A stretch of DNA of 64,000 nucleotides from Felis catus. Lineage: Eukaryota. Position 1 is the first letter of the stretch; every line of letters begins with the position of its first letter. Made by a program: the position numbers and the translations under genes. Below, one piece after another: positions 61,780 to 64,000 of this stretch. Where the stretch lies: NCBI RefSeq assembly GCF_018350175.1, contig NC_058384.1, positions 6,014,001 to 6,078,000 of the forward strand, read 5' to 3'. The notes under the pieces were generated by a model. It worked only from the letters and a program-made list of their open reading frames with translations, was not told where the DNA came from and ran no database searches.

Positions 61780-62900
61780 GCACACAGAAAAGTATAGAGG
61801 GTAATAAAATTGGTACTCAAGTACCCGTCTCCTAGCTCCGTCGTGTCTTGCTTTTAAATCCTTCCTTTATTAGTCACACCTTATAGAAAGGCCTGTGGTT
61901 TATGCGTCCCTCCCTCACATTGCTGCCTCCCCTTCTACCCTACTTAATCTAGAGATGTACTGAGTTCAGTGTTTAGCATTCTCATGCATTTATATTTTAA
62001 GTTTTTTCCTATGTGTAAGTGTATGTGTAAACAATATATGTTTGACAGTAGAACTAATATGTTTTCAAGCTTTATATAAATGGTACCATATTGCATGTAT
62101 CTTCTGCACCTTTTTTTTAAACGTGTTTTTTTTTTTTTAAATGTGTTTATATTGATATATAGAGTCCTCATTTCTTCATTTTCATTGCTGTGTGGTTTTG
62201 CGTGAATAAATCACACTTTACTGAACTGTTCTGTTTGTTGAGGGGCTTTTAAGTGGTTGTGGATTTTTTTCTGTACCACAAACCGTGGTGCGATGGAGGT
62301 TTCTGTAATGTATATGTGAAACTCTTCTAGGATATATTCTTGCATGGAGAAATTGCCAGGTCGCAGGGGCTGCTCAGCCTTCCCTCTGCTAGGTTTCGTA
62401 TATGGTTTGCTAAAGTGGGTGTTACCGGCCGATCCCACCAGCAGTTCAGGAGACAATGTCGTTTCCTCGCCATCACTTTGTATTGTCAGACATGACTGTT
62501 GTCGTTCCGATGTGCGAGGACTGTTATTTCGTGTTTAAAATTTGCATTTCTCTGGTTACTAGTGGGGTTCCGATTTTTTTTATGTGTTTATTGCTATTTA
62601 ATTTCCTTGGTAAATTGCTTTTTCCCTCCTATGTCTCCACTCCCCTCTTTGTATAGGATGATTTGCCCTATTTCTGTTGATTTGTAGAAATTCTTCAGGT
62701 ATTGATATAAGTAATTTATTTGAATCCCAGACATCTTTCAGTTTGTGGCTTTGTTGCATTTGCTCCAACTTCTGTTCTAGACTTTTTCATTTTGACATAG
62801 AGACATTTATCAATCTTTTCCTTTATAGTTTTGGCTTCATATTTATAGTTTTGGTATCATATTTAAGAACCTCCTTGCCTACATTGAGGTCATAACAGTA
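61780..62900 (-). mobile_element. Old L1ME-type 3' region
   Basis: TTTATATAAATGGTACCATATTGCATGTA...TTTGCATTTCTCTGGTTACTAGTGGGGTT...TTTAAGAACCTCCTTGCCTAC. Confidence 0.65.
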
Positions 62901-62904
62901 GTCT

Positions 62905-63320
62905 CTCTATTAATTACCTATTACTGCATAGCAAATTACCACCCATCTCGATTTGTTTAAAACAAACAGTAACTATCTCGAATCTCCATCTGTCCCTGTG
63001 AACAGCGGAGCAGCCTGGCTGGGTGCTTCGCACCTCGTCTCTGGTCAGTTTGCAGGCGAGACGGTAGTGAGGCTGCTATCGTCTGAAGGCTCCCTAGAGC
63101 CCAGAGGGCTTGCTTTTAAAGGGAGCCTGCTCCCATGGCTGGTGGTGGGTGCTGGCTGTTGGCGGGGGACCTCAGTTCATCTTCTTAAGTCCTTCACCAG
63201 AGCCACCTAAGTGTCCTCATGAGGTGGAGGCCTCCCTGCGTGAATGAGGCTAGTGAGGCAGGTGGGAGAGGGAGGTGGAAAAGCCTTTTGTGATCCAGCC
63301 TTTGAAGTCACAGGCTGTGA
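62905..63320 (-). mobile_element. MLT1 LTR, truncated
   Basis: TATTACTGCATAGCAAATTACCACCC...CAGCCTGGCTGGGTG...TCGTCTGAAGGCTC...CCAGCCTTTGAAGTCAC. Confidence 0.7.
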
Positions 63321-64000
63321 TCACAGCCTTTTTTTTTTTTTTTTTATAAACATTAAAAAAAAAGAAAGGTGATGTACTTGAAAAAGAATCATAGGTATAA
63401 TAGGATAACTGTAGATGGTTGTCATTATAATTTAACAGGAAGAGCTCAGAATCACAGAGTGGAGAATGTGCAGAAGAATGGGGTAGGGGTGGGGAGGGAA
63501 GGTTGGATACTGGAAAGAATCTAAGCTTTAGGTGAAGAGTAACCAGACTTTGTGATGTATCTTTGGGCAGGTGGAGTGCCTCTAGATAGACCCTCTCTGT
63601 GCTTAGTTGGGAGCCAATGGAGGTCCTAGGGTTTAGAACGTGTGAGTGCCATTCTGTACAGCATGTGGAGCCATCAGGGCACAGGGACATCAGTCAGGTG
63701 GTCTGCACCTGAAAAGGGGTGTGCACGGCTCTTTTTGACTCAGTCCTGTTAAATATCCCCATGCCTCAAGCACAGCCTGCACGATCCCATCTCAGCCCTC
63801 TCTTGGGGCTTCTACAAGCCAGTGGAAGGCTTTGTAGGTGGGGGAGAGATCATATGGCGGAGGGGGGGCGGCAGCCACAGGAGGGTGTGCGGATCTCCGG
63901 AGGCTGACTTGGAGGCTAGCTACCAGAGTGGCTTACATTTGCTTATAAAATGCCTAAAGTTCTTTCACATTTAGGTCTCTTTTACTCCACTTTGAGGATG

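Larger units (their letters stand above)
17706..64000 (+). other. AKT3: AKT3 intron following the first coding exon (continues beyond the window)
   Basis: GT donor at 17706; no EYIKNWRPRYF-encoding exon recognised downstream; repeat-rich; this intron is known to be very large in mammals. Confidence 0.85.

Noticed and set aside
1-64000. A novel multi-gene or prokaryote-like system
   Set aside because: The window is explained by one known gene's promoter, first exons and introns plus common carnivore repeats; no foreign-composition or coding-dense segment was seen

Overview
Mammalian genomic DNA from a felid (cat family, judged from 26 tRNA-derived SINEC_Fc-type CAN-SINEs), covering the 5' end of AKT3 (PKB-gamma) on the + strand. 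It has about 5.5 kb of upstream sequence and a CpG-island promoter (~5560-7700) containing non-coding first exon(s). Intron 1 is about 10 kb. The first coding exon encodes (M)SDVTIVKEGWVQKRG, with its donor at 17705/17706; the AT of the ATG is hidden in an N-gap. The remaining ~46 kb is the start of the very large next intron. I did not find the next coding exon (EYIKNWRPRYFLLK...) in the window. Nearly all other listed ORFs are chance ORFs in SINEs, L1s, GC-rich DNA or N-gaps. The rest is a typical carnivore repeat landscape: SINEC, L1, L2, MIR, L3/CR1, MaLR/MLT1, hAT and Tigger elements, with repeat families assigned by eye from recalled consensus sequences. I found no evidence for a new multi-gene system. 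The best leads are smaller: a rare pure (GC)18 tract upstream of the promoter; a second perfect splice donor 35 nt after the first coding exon; near-identical inverted young SINEs flanking that exon; BANP, FOXO and TATA motifs in the CpG island; a hAT transposase remnant missed by the ORF track; and a palindrome/poly-T breakpoint scar.
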